From contig BAAIJX010000018.1 of NCBI GenBank assembly GCA_054600435.1, positions 62,001-126,000 on the forward strand: a stretch of 64,000 nucleotides of DNA, in the 5' to 3' direction. A program made the translations under genes and the position numbers. The notes beneath the pieces are model-generated. The model worked only from the letters and a program-made list of their open reading frames with translations. It did no database searches and was not told where the DNA came from. Source of the DNA: Neophaeotheca triangularis. Lineage: Eukaryota. Each line of letters opens with the position of its first letter. Positions within the stretch are counted from its first letter, which is position 1. Of this stretch, positions 24,132-35,209 are shown in pieces.

Positions 24132-25263
24132 ATGAAGGTCGCATCTATCCTCCCACTCATCGCTTCGGCGTTCGCCCAACGAGACCCCGTGGTACAGGTC
24201 CCCCTGGAACCAAACACTGTTTTGCCAGCCGAACCTTTCACGCTCGACGCCATCCCGCTGTTGGGCTTTGGGACCTGGAACCTGAAGGGCGAAAATGCGA
24301 CGGCAGCAGTGTCACATGCTATCCAGACGGGTTACAGGTGGGAATGCTCGTTCGACAACAGATCTGCTGCACAGGGAGCTGACAATCCCCACAGACACAT
24401 TGATTGCGCACACGTCTATGGCAACGAGGAATACGTCGGCAAAGGTATTGCAGATGGCATGAAGAAGGCAGGAATCATGAGGGAGGACTTGTGGATAACT
24501 TCGAAGCTATGGAACGATCGGTATGTCGCAGAACGTGTGGTGGGCCCGAGCATATCGTTGACGTATTCGCAGCCACGACGCCAACCGCGTGCAAGATGGC
24601 CTTGACAAGACTCTACACAACCTCGGGCTGGAATACCTGGACCTCTACCACATGCATTGGCCTGTTGCATCTGGCTACTTTGGAAACAAGATCTCTTACC
24701 TCGACACGTACGGGGCCATGACCCTCTTCCTAGACAGTGGTAAGGTGAAGCACCTCGGAGTATCAAACTTCTCACCGGAACAACTCCAGGATCTGCTGAA
24801 CCATACCTCGCATCCCCCAAGCGTACATCAGATGGAGCTTCACCCCTACTTGCAGCAGACCGATTACCTTGAGGTTCACGAGAAACACGGCATTCACGTG
24901 ACCGGCTACTCACCCTTCGCGGGATCGAACCCGACTTACGAGGGAAACCGCGGAGAGACGCCCGATTTGCTCAACAACACCGTCCTTCAAGACATCGCGG
25001 AGAAACGGGGATGTACCGTGGCTCAGACTGCTCTTATGTGGGGCATGAGCAGAGGTACTTCTGTCATCCCGAAGAGCGCGCACCCCGAGTATATTGAGGA
25101 GAACTTCCACGCCCTTGAATGTGTGCTAGAGAAGAAGGAACTCGAGAAGATCGACAAGCTGCACAAATACCGACACAGGTACAATAACCCGTCGAAGAAG
25201 TGGAAGCTCGATCTCTACGAGGGCCTCGAAGACTCCAAGGGGAATCACAAGAAGCACTCGTAA
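24132..25263 (+). CDS. Aldo-keto reductase with N-terminal signal-peptide-like extension, 3 exons
   Basis: IPLLGFGTW, GYRHIDCAHVYGNE, ITSKLWN, YLDLYHMHWP, LGVSNF, QMELHPY, VIPKS. Introns 24338-24394 and 24521-24572. Confidence 0.92.
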
Positions 25264-25654
25264 GAAGGAAAGTGAGATAAGGGGTCGAGTGATAGTACAT
25301 TAATGTCAATTAATGTCAACACCAACGTTGAACTGAATCATGTTGTCCTTCACGCCCTCTAACGTGCAATCTTCATTGCAGTTGTACTCCTTGAGAAGAT
25401 GGATCGATGTTCAAGCCTGCTAGACCACCTCAAACTCTAGGTGTTCGTCTGCTTGTGTACCTAGCATCACACTCGTAAACCCACCTTCCCTTGTGCATGC
25501 ACTCAAGTTCTCTCACGTGACTCCGCGTTCTCTACGTCATACTTAACCCTCGACGACCGTGGGCACCTGCAGTCTCGGGCTTCCGCATAGTTACGGTTGA
25601 ACAGACATCATGCTGACAGCACGTGAAGCAACTTGATCCATCTCTAGAATCACC

Positions 25655-26785
25655 ATGGTCGGCACCGAACGGCCGGCAACGCCGCCTCGTACGACGGAGG
25701 GCCACAAATCGTCTTTGACGCCTGAACAGGTGCGGCGCACCGAAGAGAACCGCCTCCGAGCAAAGGCCTTGCGCAGTCAACAAGACGCCGCTTCGAAACA
25801 ACCGCCACTGTCACGAACGCCCTCAGGCATTCCAGTTGCCGGCACGAAGCGACCGCACAGTGCCATTGCCTCTGTCCCACCAAGCACTCGAGATGCGCGA
25901 TCTTCAGCTACACCGGGGCCGCGAGGGCCAAACAGCAACAATGGAATGTCGCAGCCTCAGGACACCGGTATCAAGGCTGCGAAGAAGTTTCAGAAGTTTG
26001 TCGAGTATGACTTCAGCAAGATGACAGACACCAAGGGTGGTTTCATGACGCACGAGGATGATCCCCACAACAGGGTCTTACATGCGCCGGAAGAGGATGG
26101 CAAGCCCGCAAATATGTCGTTGAAGGATTGGGAGCGCCAGCAGCTGTTGAAAAAACTACGTGACCAGCGCGCCGGGCCGTACGAGCCTGGGCTAAGCGTG
26201 CTAGACAAACGAGAGATAGACAAGAAGTGCAGAGAGTGCAAAAGCCTCGAGATAGACTGGCTGTGGGACGACACTCTGCACTGCCAAGTGTGCCAGTCTT
26301 GCAAGGACAAGTTTCCGGAGAAATACAGCCTGCTCACCAAGACGGAAGCGAAAGAGGACTACCTGTTGACTGATCCGGAGCTCAAAGATACAGAGCTGCT
26401 GCCACATCTGAAGAAACCGAATCCGCACAAGAGCACGTGGAACGACATGATGTTGTATGTACGCTACCAGGTGGAAGAGTATGCGTTCTCGGATAAAAAG
26501 TGGGGAAGTGCTGAGGCGCTCGATGCCGAGTTTGAGAAGAGGACACAAGAGACGAAGAATAGGAAGGAGAAAAAGTTCCGGAACAAGTTGGACGAATTGA
26601 AGAAGAGGACCAGGGTCGACGCCTACAAGAGAGCGCGCGCTGGAGGAGGCGGTGAGTTCGGCGATACGGTCGGTAGAGGCAAGCACGAACATGAATGGGG
26701 GAGAAGCGTAGAGGACCCAGAGACGGGCATGATGAAGAAGAGCTGCACAGAGTGTGGCATGGAGGTTGAGGAATTGGAGTTTTAG
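25655..26785 (+). CDS. RAD14: XPA-family nucleotide excision repair protein
   Basis: EYDFSKMTDTKGGF, C4 zinc finger CREC...CQSC, YSLLTKTEAKEDYLLTDPEL, KPNPH, KWGSAEALDAEF, C-terminal HEHEW...CTECG. Confidence 0.96.
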   Translation: MVGTERPATPPRTTEGHKSSLTPEQVRRTEENRLRAKALRSQQDAASKQPPLSRTPSGIPVAGTKRPHSAIASVPPSTRDARSSATPGPRGPNSNNGMSQPQDTGIKAAKKFQKFVEYDFSKMTDTKGGFMTHEDDPHNRVLHAPEEDGKPANMSLKDWERQQLLKKLRDQRAGPYEPGLSVLDKREIDKKCRECKSLEIDWLWDDTLHCQVCQSCKDKFPEKYSLLTKTEAKEDYLLTDPELKDTELLPHLKKPNPHKSTWNDMMLYVRYQVEEYAFSDKKWGSAEALDAEFEKRTQETKNRKEKKFRNKLDELKKRTRVDAYKRARAGGGGEFGDTVGRGKHEHEWGRSVEDPETGMMKKSCTECGMEVEELEF

Positions 26786-27676
26786 GCGTCTCGCCTGCCA
26801 TTTATGATACCCATTGCAAAATGCTTAACGATGCTTGTGAGAGACTACTCTGAACATGAGTCTTGATCCGAAATTTCAATCCTTTCTACAGATAGATTGT
26901 GGATAGACAGATCGATGCGAGTTTTTTGGGCGCAACGATCGCAGTTTCAGGGTAATCGACCTGCCTAGGAATGGACGATAGACGTGGTGAAAGTACTTTC
27001 GGCAACAACATTGATGAAGTGATGCTACTGTCCACTTAGGTGACCTGTCTTAAGGTTCCAAGGTTGTCTTGAAGACGTCTTACCTACCTTACCTAGTACC
27101 TTAACCTAGGAACCGGGCTCCTTCCTTAGGTTCCTTATCCGGCGAGGTGGGGTCTTCGTCATTTGTTCCTGCAAGCACTCTACGCGTCTGTGTACGACTG
27201 AGGTGGGCGGTATTAATGCCTAGCAGGCAGACTCCTCCTCGGCACATGTCAGGAACTTGAGTAGGTACGTTGGAGCTCCTTGACAGATTTTGACAGTCTC
27301 TTCCTTTATCTGAATCGTCAAAAACCACCGACGAGGTCGAGAGTCCGCCTGACACTGTATCTCAGTGACGGGACGTGTGGGAAAACAAGTCGGGTGCGGC
27401 GACGCGTAAGATTGGCGCAGTGGCGATTGATTGCGGAGGCGCGTGGCGACTTATCGATTCGGCGACAGAAGACTGACAGAAGATTGACCCCTGCCAGGCT
27501 AGAGGCTGCCTTTGCCTTTGGCCCTTTGCCTCCACGATCGTGTCCGATTAGATCTGACTAGTAGTCACTGCTAGCGACTTGTCGCCAAAGGTACTGTACT
27601 GTACTGTACTCTACCTACCTTCTACTTTACTTTTGCATCCGGCACGCTCCCCAGACCATTTACCACAAGAATTAAA

Positions 27677-30600
27677 ATGGCAAGGCCAAGTCGATCGGCC
27701 AACTCAATCCCACCTGGCGTGTCGCTCTTTCGGCCCTGACATTCACGACACAAGCTAATACCTCACTTTACAGCCAACACGACCAAAACACGCCGACACT
27801 CTCCCAGACACTCGATTCCAAACTCCTCCGACGACCAAGGCGACTCTGAGAACGACATCGCTGTCCAGTCCGAGCCAATCAGTACTGGCCGAGTGCGTTC
27901 CTTGCAATCGGTCTCAATACCCGCAATGGCTCGCCCATCCGCCTCTAAAGCGTCGCTATCCAAAGTCTCCACCACCGCGAGTCCAACCGATAGTACCTCC
28001 GCTAGCCTCGACCTCACCGTGAACGACACTGCAAGCGAGTACGATACCCCTGGCACTACGCCTGCTATGTCTGCCACTGGCCGGGCTTCCACGAAACGCA
28101 AGCGCAGCCAACTGAGCCACGCCATCCCGGACTCTGACGACATGAACGGAGAAGGCGAAGATGCAGCCCTCGCTGCAAGGCTTCAAGAGGAAGAATACCG
28201 TCAAGAGGGCGTTTCTAACAAGCGCGCCAAGATGGGCATGAACAGCATTCGCGATTCGGAGAGCGACCTTAGTGAGATTGAATCTTTCGACTCAGATGAC
28301 ATACCGCTATCGTCCAGCAAGAAGCTCTCTGCGCGCAACCTAGGAATAGGGAAGCTCAACAATGGCAAGGCTCCTGCCCGGCTAGCAACAGGCTCCGGCA
28401 AGAGCAAGGCCATGTCGCTTCCCAGTCGCACTGCTCGCGACTCTGCCCGGAAGTCTATCAACGACGCTCTGGATCCCACCGTCGAGGATAGTGAGCTTAG
28501 CGAGCTCGAGGACCCCCTGAGTGAGAATGATGGGAGCGAGGACAACTTCGAGGCCGGGGATACGGAGGGGGAGGACGAGGAAGCAACCGGTGCTAGTGAC
28601 GCCGAGGACGAAATCCCGCTTGCCGCTCGTCGGCCTGCGAAACAGGCCACCGCGGGCGCTGCGCAAACAACGACGGCCAGTCCTACAAGCGTCAAGCGGC
28701 GCAAATCTCGCAAATCTCGCGGCAAGAAAGGCCGACGCTTCGGTAACTACAGTGCCGAGGACGTCGATGCCATCGTGGAAGAGATCGGCTCATATCCCGA
28801 TCGCAAGACCCGTGAACGCAAGAAGCTTGAGAAGGCTCACCCTGGAATCAAGACTATGTGGGAGGACCTGGAGAAGCTCCCAGTTATCGAGCCTGTTCCC
28901 GCCGAGCAGCCAAAGTCAATCAACAGGACGCTGAAATCATTCCAGCTCGAGGGTCTCGATTGGCTCATCAAGCAGGAGAAGAGTACTTACAAAGGCGGTT
29001 TGCTCGGTGACGAAATGGGCATGGGAAAAACTATTCAAGCTGTTTCGCTCATCATGAGTGACTACCCTCAGAAGCAGCCTACCCTGGTAGTGGTCCCGCC
29101 TGTAGCCCTGATGCAATGGTCTACGGAGATCCAGGAGTATACCGACGGCAAGCTCAAGGTGCTCGTCTACCATGGCCAGAATTCCAAAGTTAAGAAGATG
29201 AGCGTGAAGGACTTGAAGCAGTACGACGTCATCATGATCTCGTACAACAGTTTGGAATCTCTGCATCGCAAGGAGACCAAGGGTTGGAGCCGAAAAGCAG
29301 ACCTGGTCAAAGAGGACAGCCCGATTCATGCCATCAAGTTCCACCGTCTGATCCTCGACGAAGCACACAGCATCAAGTCTCGCACCACTGGCGTTGCAAA
29401 AGCTTGCTTTGCGTTGAGCGGCACGTACAAATGGTGCCTCTCTGGCACGCCCGTTCAGAACCGTATCGGAGAGTTCTTCTCCCTTCTTCGATTTTTGGAA
29501 GTTCGCCCATTCGCCGATTACTTCTGCAAGAAGTGCCCTTGCGCCATGCTGCACTGGAAGCTGAACGATGACCACATGTGTGCTGGCTGCAAACACGCAG
29601 GCATGGAGCATGTTTCGGTCTTCAATCAAGAGCTCTTGAATCCCCTCACGCAATCCGAGGACGCCGTCGAGCGTAGCAAGGCGATGGACAAGCTCCACAT
29701 GATCACTGCACGGATTATGCTTCGTCGCATGAAGCGTGACTACACCAGTTCCATGGAGTTGCCACCCAAGGAAGTCATTGTTCACAACGAGTTCTTTGGC
29801 GAGATCGAGCGCGACTTTTCCAGTTCCATTATGACAAACACGACTCGCCAGTTCGACACCTACGTCTCTCGCGGCGTTATGCTCAACAACTACGCCAACA
29901 TCTTCGGTCTGATCATGCAAATGCGTCAGGTGGCCAACCACCCAGACCTTCTGCTCAAAAAGCATGCTCAGGAAGGCCAGAACGTCCTCGTCTGCAATAT
30001 TTGCGATGAAGTTGCGGAGGAAGCAATCCGCTCAAAGTGCAAACACGACTTCTGCCGTGCATGTGTGAAGAGCTTCGTGCAGTCCGCCGAGATCACTAGC
30101 GGTGATCCCGATTGTCCACGTTGCCACATTCCGCTCGAGATCGACTTTGATCAGCCTGACATTGAGCAAGATGAGGAGGTGGTCAAGAAGAGCAGCATCA
30201 TCAACCGTATCAAGATGGAGAACTGGACCAGCTCTACCAAGATCGAGATGCTCGTCTACGATCTGTACAAGATGCGCTCCAAGAAGCAGACTCTGAAGAG
30301 CATCGTCTTCTCGCAATTCACCAGCATGCTGCAGCTCATTGAGTGGAGGCTGAGAAGGGCTGGGTTCAACACTGTCATGCTTGATGGCTCCATGACACCC
30401 ATCCAGCGTCAGAAGAGTATCGAATACTTCATGACGAACCCCGATGTGGAGGTGTTCCTGGTGTCGCTGAAAGCTGGCGGCGTCGCTCTCAACCTCACCG
30501 AGGCTTCCAGAGTCTTCATCGTCGATCCGTAAGTTACCTCTCATTTTGCGTGCCGCATACCGTTCGTACTGACCATTTCGCCGCAGATGGTGGAACCCCG

Positions 30601-30815
30601 CAGCTGAGTGGCAGTCCGCCGACCGCTGCCATCGCATCGGTCAAAAGCGGCCCTGTGTCATCACTCGCCTGTGCATCGAAGACAGTGTCGAGTCGAGGAT
30701 GGTAATGTTGCAAGAAAAGAAGGCCCAGATGATCAGCGGCACGATCAACAACGACAAGGTGGCCATGGAGAAGCTCACCCCCGAGGACATGCAGTTCTTG
30801 TTCCGCGGATCTTGA
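27677..30815 (+). CDS. RAD16: SNF2-family ATPase/RING E3 ligase of global-genome NER, 3 exons
   Basis: [23 protein letters not shown] (CNIC...CKHDFCRAC...CPRC), [19 protein letters not shown]. Intron 30529-30586 leads to [20 protein letters not shown]...QFLFRGS*. The first exon (27677-27716) is tentative. Confidence 0.95.
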
Positions 30816-32033
30816 TCTGTTTCATGGAGATCAAAGGGTGGTGGTTCCAAACTAGTGTCATTCGGCTTATGCCTCATACCAGCGGGCACGGGGTTACGGA
30901 CGGGGTACTTGACGATGGCTTTCGCGTTGCTCCCGAGCAAGGCTACAGGCTGTGCTCGCTCACTCACGCGTTACGATAGACATGGTTAGATTAGGGATGC
31001 GATAGATTGCTTCAACTGCCCACAGCTAGACATACAGACTAGCTCATAGAAGTATCATTTCATGTGCAACGTTCGCGATTTTAGTACCCTCTACTAATGA
31101 GCTAGGAGCTTGCAGCCAGTGCACTTTCTCCAGAGGCGGTGTTTGCGCCTGCAATGCGGGCGACACAGCATCAACACTGCGGTCCATCACTTCCAAATCG
31201 CCTTCGGACCGTTTACAGTGGGCGTTAACTACCGTACCTACGCATTTTACACATATACCATCCGTCACTCCAACCCGTCAGTATCCATAGCCAAGCATAT
31301 TTACAGCATCTTCCGATCCAACCTTGAATCGTCTCTCGCCGATAGCCTTGTGAGGAAACATATCCGGAGCATTCACCTACCACGCTTTCGCTGAAGCCGA
31401 TACAGGGCCCGTTCGTTTACATTTATACCGAAGCAACTCCACCTCCCGAGATTCGATCGTGGCATACAAAATGGCGACTGGTATGACGGCTTGTCCGTGC
31501 GGCGGAGATCATTCGTGGCTTGACGGATGCCCTGGGGCTGCCTCGCAAGGCAACCCACGGGCCCAAGGGTCTTACTCGACTGCTGAGAGACAACCACAAG
31601 CTGGAGAGCCAGCGGCCCCAGTCATGTCATTGACGAGTACACATCTACCTACCGTTGCACTTGTATAATGCTGCTAACATGAGGTGCAGCTACCCCAAAC
31701 CCGTGCCGGGGATCGCTTGCAAAGTCTGGTCAGCTTTCTCCCGGTGACAAACGCGGGTTGTCTTCTAATCAGCCCACTTCACCTACCGCGATGTGCTGCC
31801 ATGGCTTTCACGACGGCGACATGCATCCCCTTGCGAGCCCTTCGACGCCAGGCTAGAATCAGACGTGTCACTCGCTGCGATCTCTCGCGTACATAGATTC
31901 CATTCCCCTGGATACCGAGCCAGATAGTCCCGAGCCGTTGACGCATAGCAGACCAGTCGTTCAGTTGGGTCCCTCACATGGTATTAGGTACGACAAGAAC
32001 GCAAAATTACCATCAGCTCTCGAGAAAGGGCGT

Positions 32034-32737
32034 ATGTCTCCCGAGAGCTCGGGAAGTGGCGTGCCCGGCCAAATACCCGACAAGGAGACTAGGCAGGATT
32101 CGGTCCCAGATGACATGCTCGCGCTCGTGGACAGCGGCCAGGCAGGGAGAATCGGAACAAACGCGGTCCCGGCAATCAAAGAGTCGGAAGAGGCGAGTGA
32201 CAAGGACCGGGGGTGTGTACAAGAAATTCCACGATGCTACCTGGAACAAGTACTGACGCACATGGCAGTCGCCGGAGATGGTCCAGCAGGATTCAAGATC
32301 CGTTCAAACGCTTGATCAAGGTGGGTTTGCCGATAAAGATGAAGATGAAGATCCTGAGCCGGAAAGTTGGAGTGTTAGATGGTGCTGACCTCTCTCTCTT
32401 GTAGGACAAGAATCAAGCCTACGGTGTCCTTGAAGAGCACCAACTAGCGTTGAATACCGCAGCGAACCAATCTGGAGCGCGAAATGCTTCGCAGATGGCA
32501 GAGCCCCTGAGAGCTCCATCGCAAGGAGCAGGTCAAGAAGGCCAGAAGAAACGGAAAAAGCATCTACCGTCCAGCATCAGGACGCCGGGACCAGTGGGCG
32601 AAGTAGGCCCGATGCTTGGGGTAAGACGGATTGGAGCAATCTGCAATTACGGGTGGAAGGGGCTGAAGATGGGCGGAAGGGCCATGAAAAAAATGGGAAA
32701 AGCAGGCGATCGCATGTTGTTTGGCGAGCATGCATGA
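32034..32737 (+). CDS. Hypothetical 3-exon orphan protein (~187 aa)
   Basis: Introns 32213-32268 (GTGTGT...CTGAC...CAG) and 32321-32404 (GTGGGT...CTGAC...TAG) join three separate ORFs in frame. The 5' end is uncertain. Confidence 0.6.
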
Positions 32738-33186
32738 GAGGAGTGCTGCGGTGGACGTAATGGACGTTTGGTATTGCGCGAGCAAAGTGAGGACTCTCGT
32801 TGAGTTAGACCTTTCATTTTGTACCTGGAGCAATGTGTGTTCAGAAGCGTTCTGTTCCTGTTGCCCGAATGATACGCTCAGCAGACGTTCCTCAGTCATG
32901 CTGCGCAGTACCAAGGAGAGTACCTAGGTAGTACTAGTAAGAGGCAAGAAGACTAAGCAGAGGATGAAGGTGCCCTGAGGTGGTCGTTGGAGATGTTCAT
33001 GTCTTGGCTGCGCTAGTATTCTCGCGTGTATCTGATTGGTCAGCCACTTGTGGGAGCAATTAGTCTTGGCGCACCTACGAATTTGCTGGAGTCGCCGAGC
33101 TTGTGAACTTCAGCGACGACAAGATCGACTTTCCGACCCACGGCCGCCAATCCAACACCCACGACCACCCGGAAAAACCAGTCACG

Positions 33187-33752
33187 ATGCCTTCGGAACA
33201 GGGACACAGGCTTTACGTGAAGTAAGCTGCCACTCCATGCCAGCCGGCGAAGACAGTGTCCAGCGCAGTGCTGCGAAGGATTATTGGGAGATATAGAGGC
33301 GGTTGCTAACGGTGCGGTACTAGGGGCAAGCACATCTCCTACCAGCGCGGAAAGCGTATCACGAACCCTGGCACCTCTCTCATCAAGATCGAAGGCGCCG
33401 AAGACCAGAAGGCTGCGCAGTACGGCTCCACCCATACCACCTAGTCGAACGTTTGGGATACTAACAAAGCGTTCCCACCGTAGATTCTACTGCGGCAAGA
33501 AGATCGCATACGTCTACCGCGGCAAGAGGGAGATCAGAGGCAGCAAGATTAGGGTCATCTGGGGCAAGGTTACGAGGCCACACGGTACGTGAAACACAGG
33601 GGACAAGATATCATGGCAATGTCGGAGATGATGCTGACAGATCTGGGATGGTAGGCAACTCTGGTGTCGTTAGGGCGCAGTTCAAGCACAACCTTCCTCC
33701 CAAGTCCTTCGGCGCGATGGTTAGAGTGATGCTGTACCCCAGCTCGATATGA
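33187..33752 (+). CDS. RPL33: 60S ribosomal protein eL33 (L35Ae), 4 exons
   Basis: [23 protein letters not shown]...|[65 protein letters not shown]. Introns ~33222-33323, 33420-33483, 33585-33653. Confidence 0.95.
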
Positions 33753-34205
33753 GTGCGGTTTTGGTGGAGAGGGAAGCCGGGAGTCGATGTTGCAAGGCGA
33801 GCTGAAGCGTGGGGGAGGCAGGTCAAGGGGCGTTGCGTGTATTGCATGGCTTGCGACTCGGCAGGGACCTCCTTAGCAGCAGTGCTATATACCGTGATCC
33901 GGTGCACAAGTGCTCGACACGACATACCAAGCAAACCTTTCCAACGACCAGTCATCCAACAGTGCCAATATGTCGGGCATGACGATGTATCAGGGACCAC
34001 GTGTGAATCAAGGGTGGTATCAATTACTGTGGCTGTTTACTCGTGAGATCATTGCCATGACTTGGCATAGACCACACCTATGTCCTGGTGTTTTGAACGC
34101 TGCGTCCATACTCCCGATCGTTCGCGCGAGCTGCTTGTAAGCGGGACGATAACGCTCCTTTCCCCCAGTTCCCCAAAGCTACTTGTGGGACGCCTATTGC
34201 TTCCC

Positions 34206-34941
34206 CTAGTCCGAGCTCGCGCACCCACGACAGCCGCAGTTGACGCATTGAATCTCATCGTCCTCCTTCAACTGTTTCCTCGGTACGCGACAGATGCAAG
34301 TGGCACCGAAATTGGATTCCCCCGTGTTGATGCAGCGCGTGCAGCACAACTGTGTCGGCGCATTAGCATGTGCGCGAGTGGGTCTTGTCCTTCAGAAATA
34401 GCTCACCTTCTCGTATCCGTTCTTCTTCCATTTCGCAATCAACATCGGATCCGCGTACTTCTCCTTGAGCAAGTAGTCGTAAAGCTTCTTGGAGATGGCT
34501 TCCTTCTCGTAGTACATGTCGTAGATGTATTTGGAGCCTGTGGGATCGTGATCGTCAGTCTTGTGACGTCGCAGCCCGCAGACACCGCTCGACAGTGAGG
34601 TCAAAAGGATGCAATGAGCCTCACCTTTGCGGCCCTTTTAGCGGGCATGTTCCATGTGTGTCTAATTCATGTTTTGTCATATCCTTCAGGGATCTTTCTT
34701 ACGCTGATGCGTGATCTGGAAGATGGGCCACAACGTCTCGTGCTTCTTCTTGCCTTCGGTGGAAGCGTCCTCGGCATCCTTCATCTTGTTGGAGAATTCG
34801 AGCAGAGTATCCTCGAGGTCTTCGAACCCCTCTGGAGGCGGCTTGCGGTTTTTCGCGGTACGGATGCTTGTAGGCGGGGTGTCAGGTTCGCGAATGTGCG
34901 ATTGAAGGATTTGTATGGTTGGATAGCACTTACGGCGGCAT
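34206..34941 (-). CDS. BUD31: G10/Bud31 spliceosome-associated protein, 4 exons
   Basis: MPP|IRTAKNRKPPPEGFEDLE...LWPIFQITHQR|SKYIYDMYYEKEAISKKLYDYLL...LIAKWKKNGYEK|LCCTRCI...CVNCGCRGCASSD*. Confidence 0.95.
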
Positions 34942-35209
34942 ATTTGCGAGTTTAGTCTGCTTATCCTTTCCGTGCGACGGGTTGATTGTGGACTAAGGTA
35001 ACAGCAAGAAGCGCGCGATCACATGGGAAGTAATACTAACGTGAAGGCGACTTTATCAATCTAATCTATCCGCTCCCGCTGCCGCTGCCGCTGCCGGACA
35101 AGTTACGTCCAGAGCTCCGAGCTAGAGCAACACCTTCTACCGCATCCTCTTCCAGGCACACGATACAAACACCTTCCCACCTCTCACATTCGACAGCTGG
35201 TCAAGAAAG

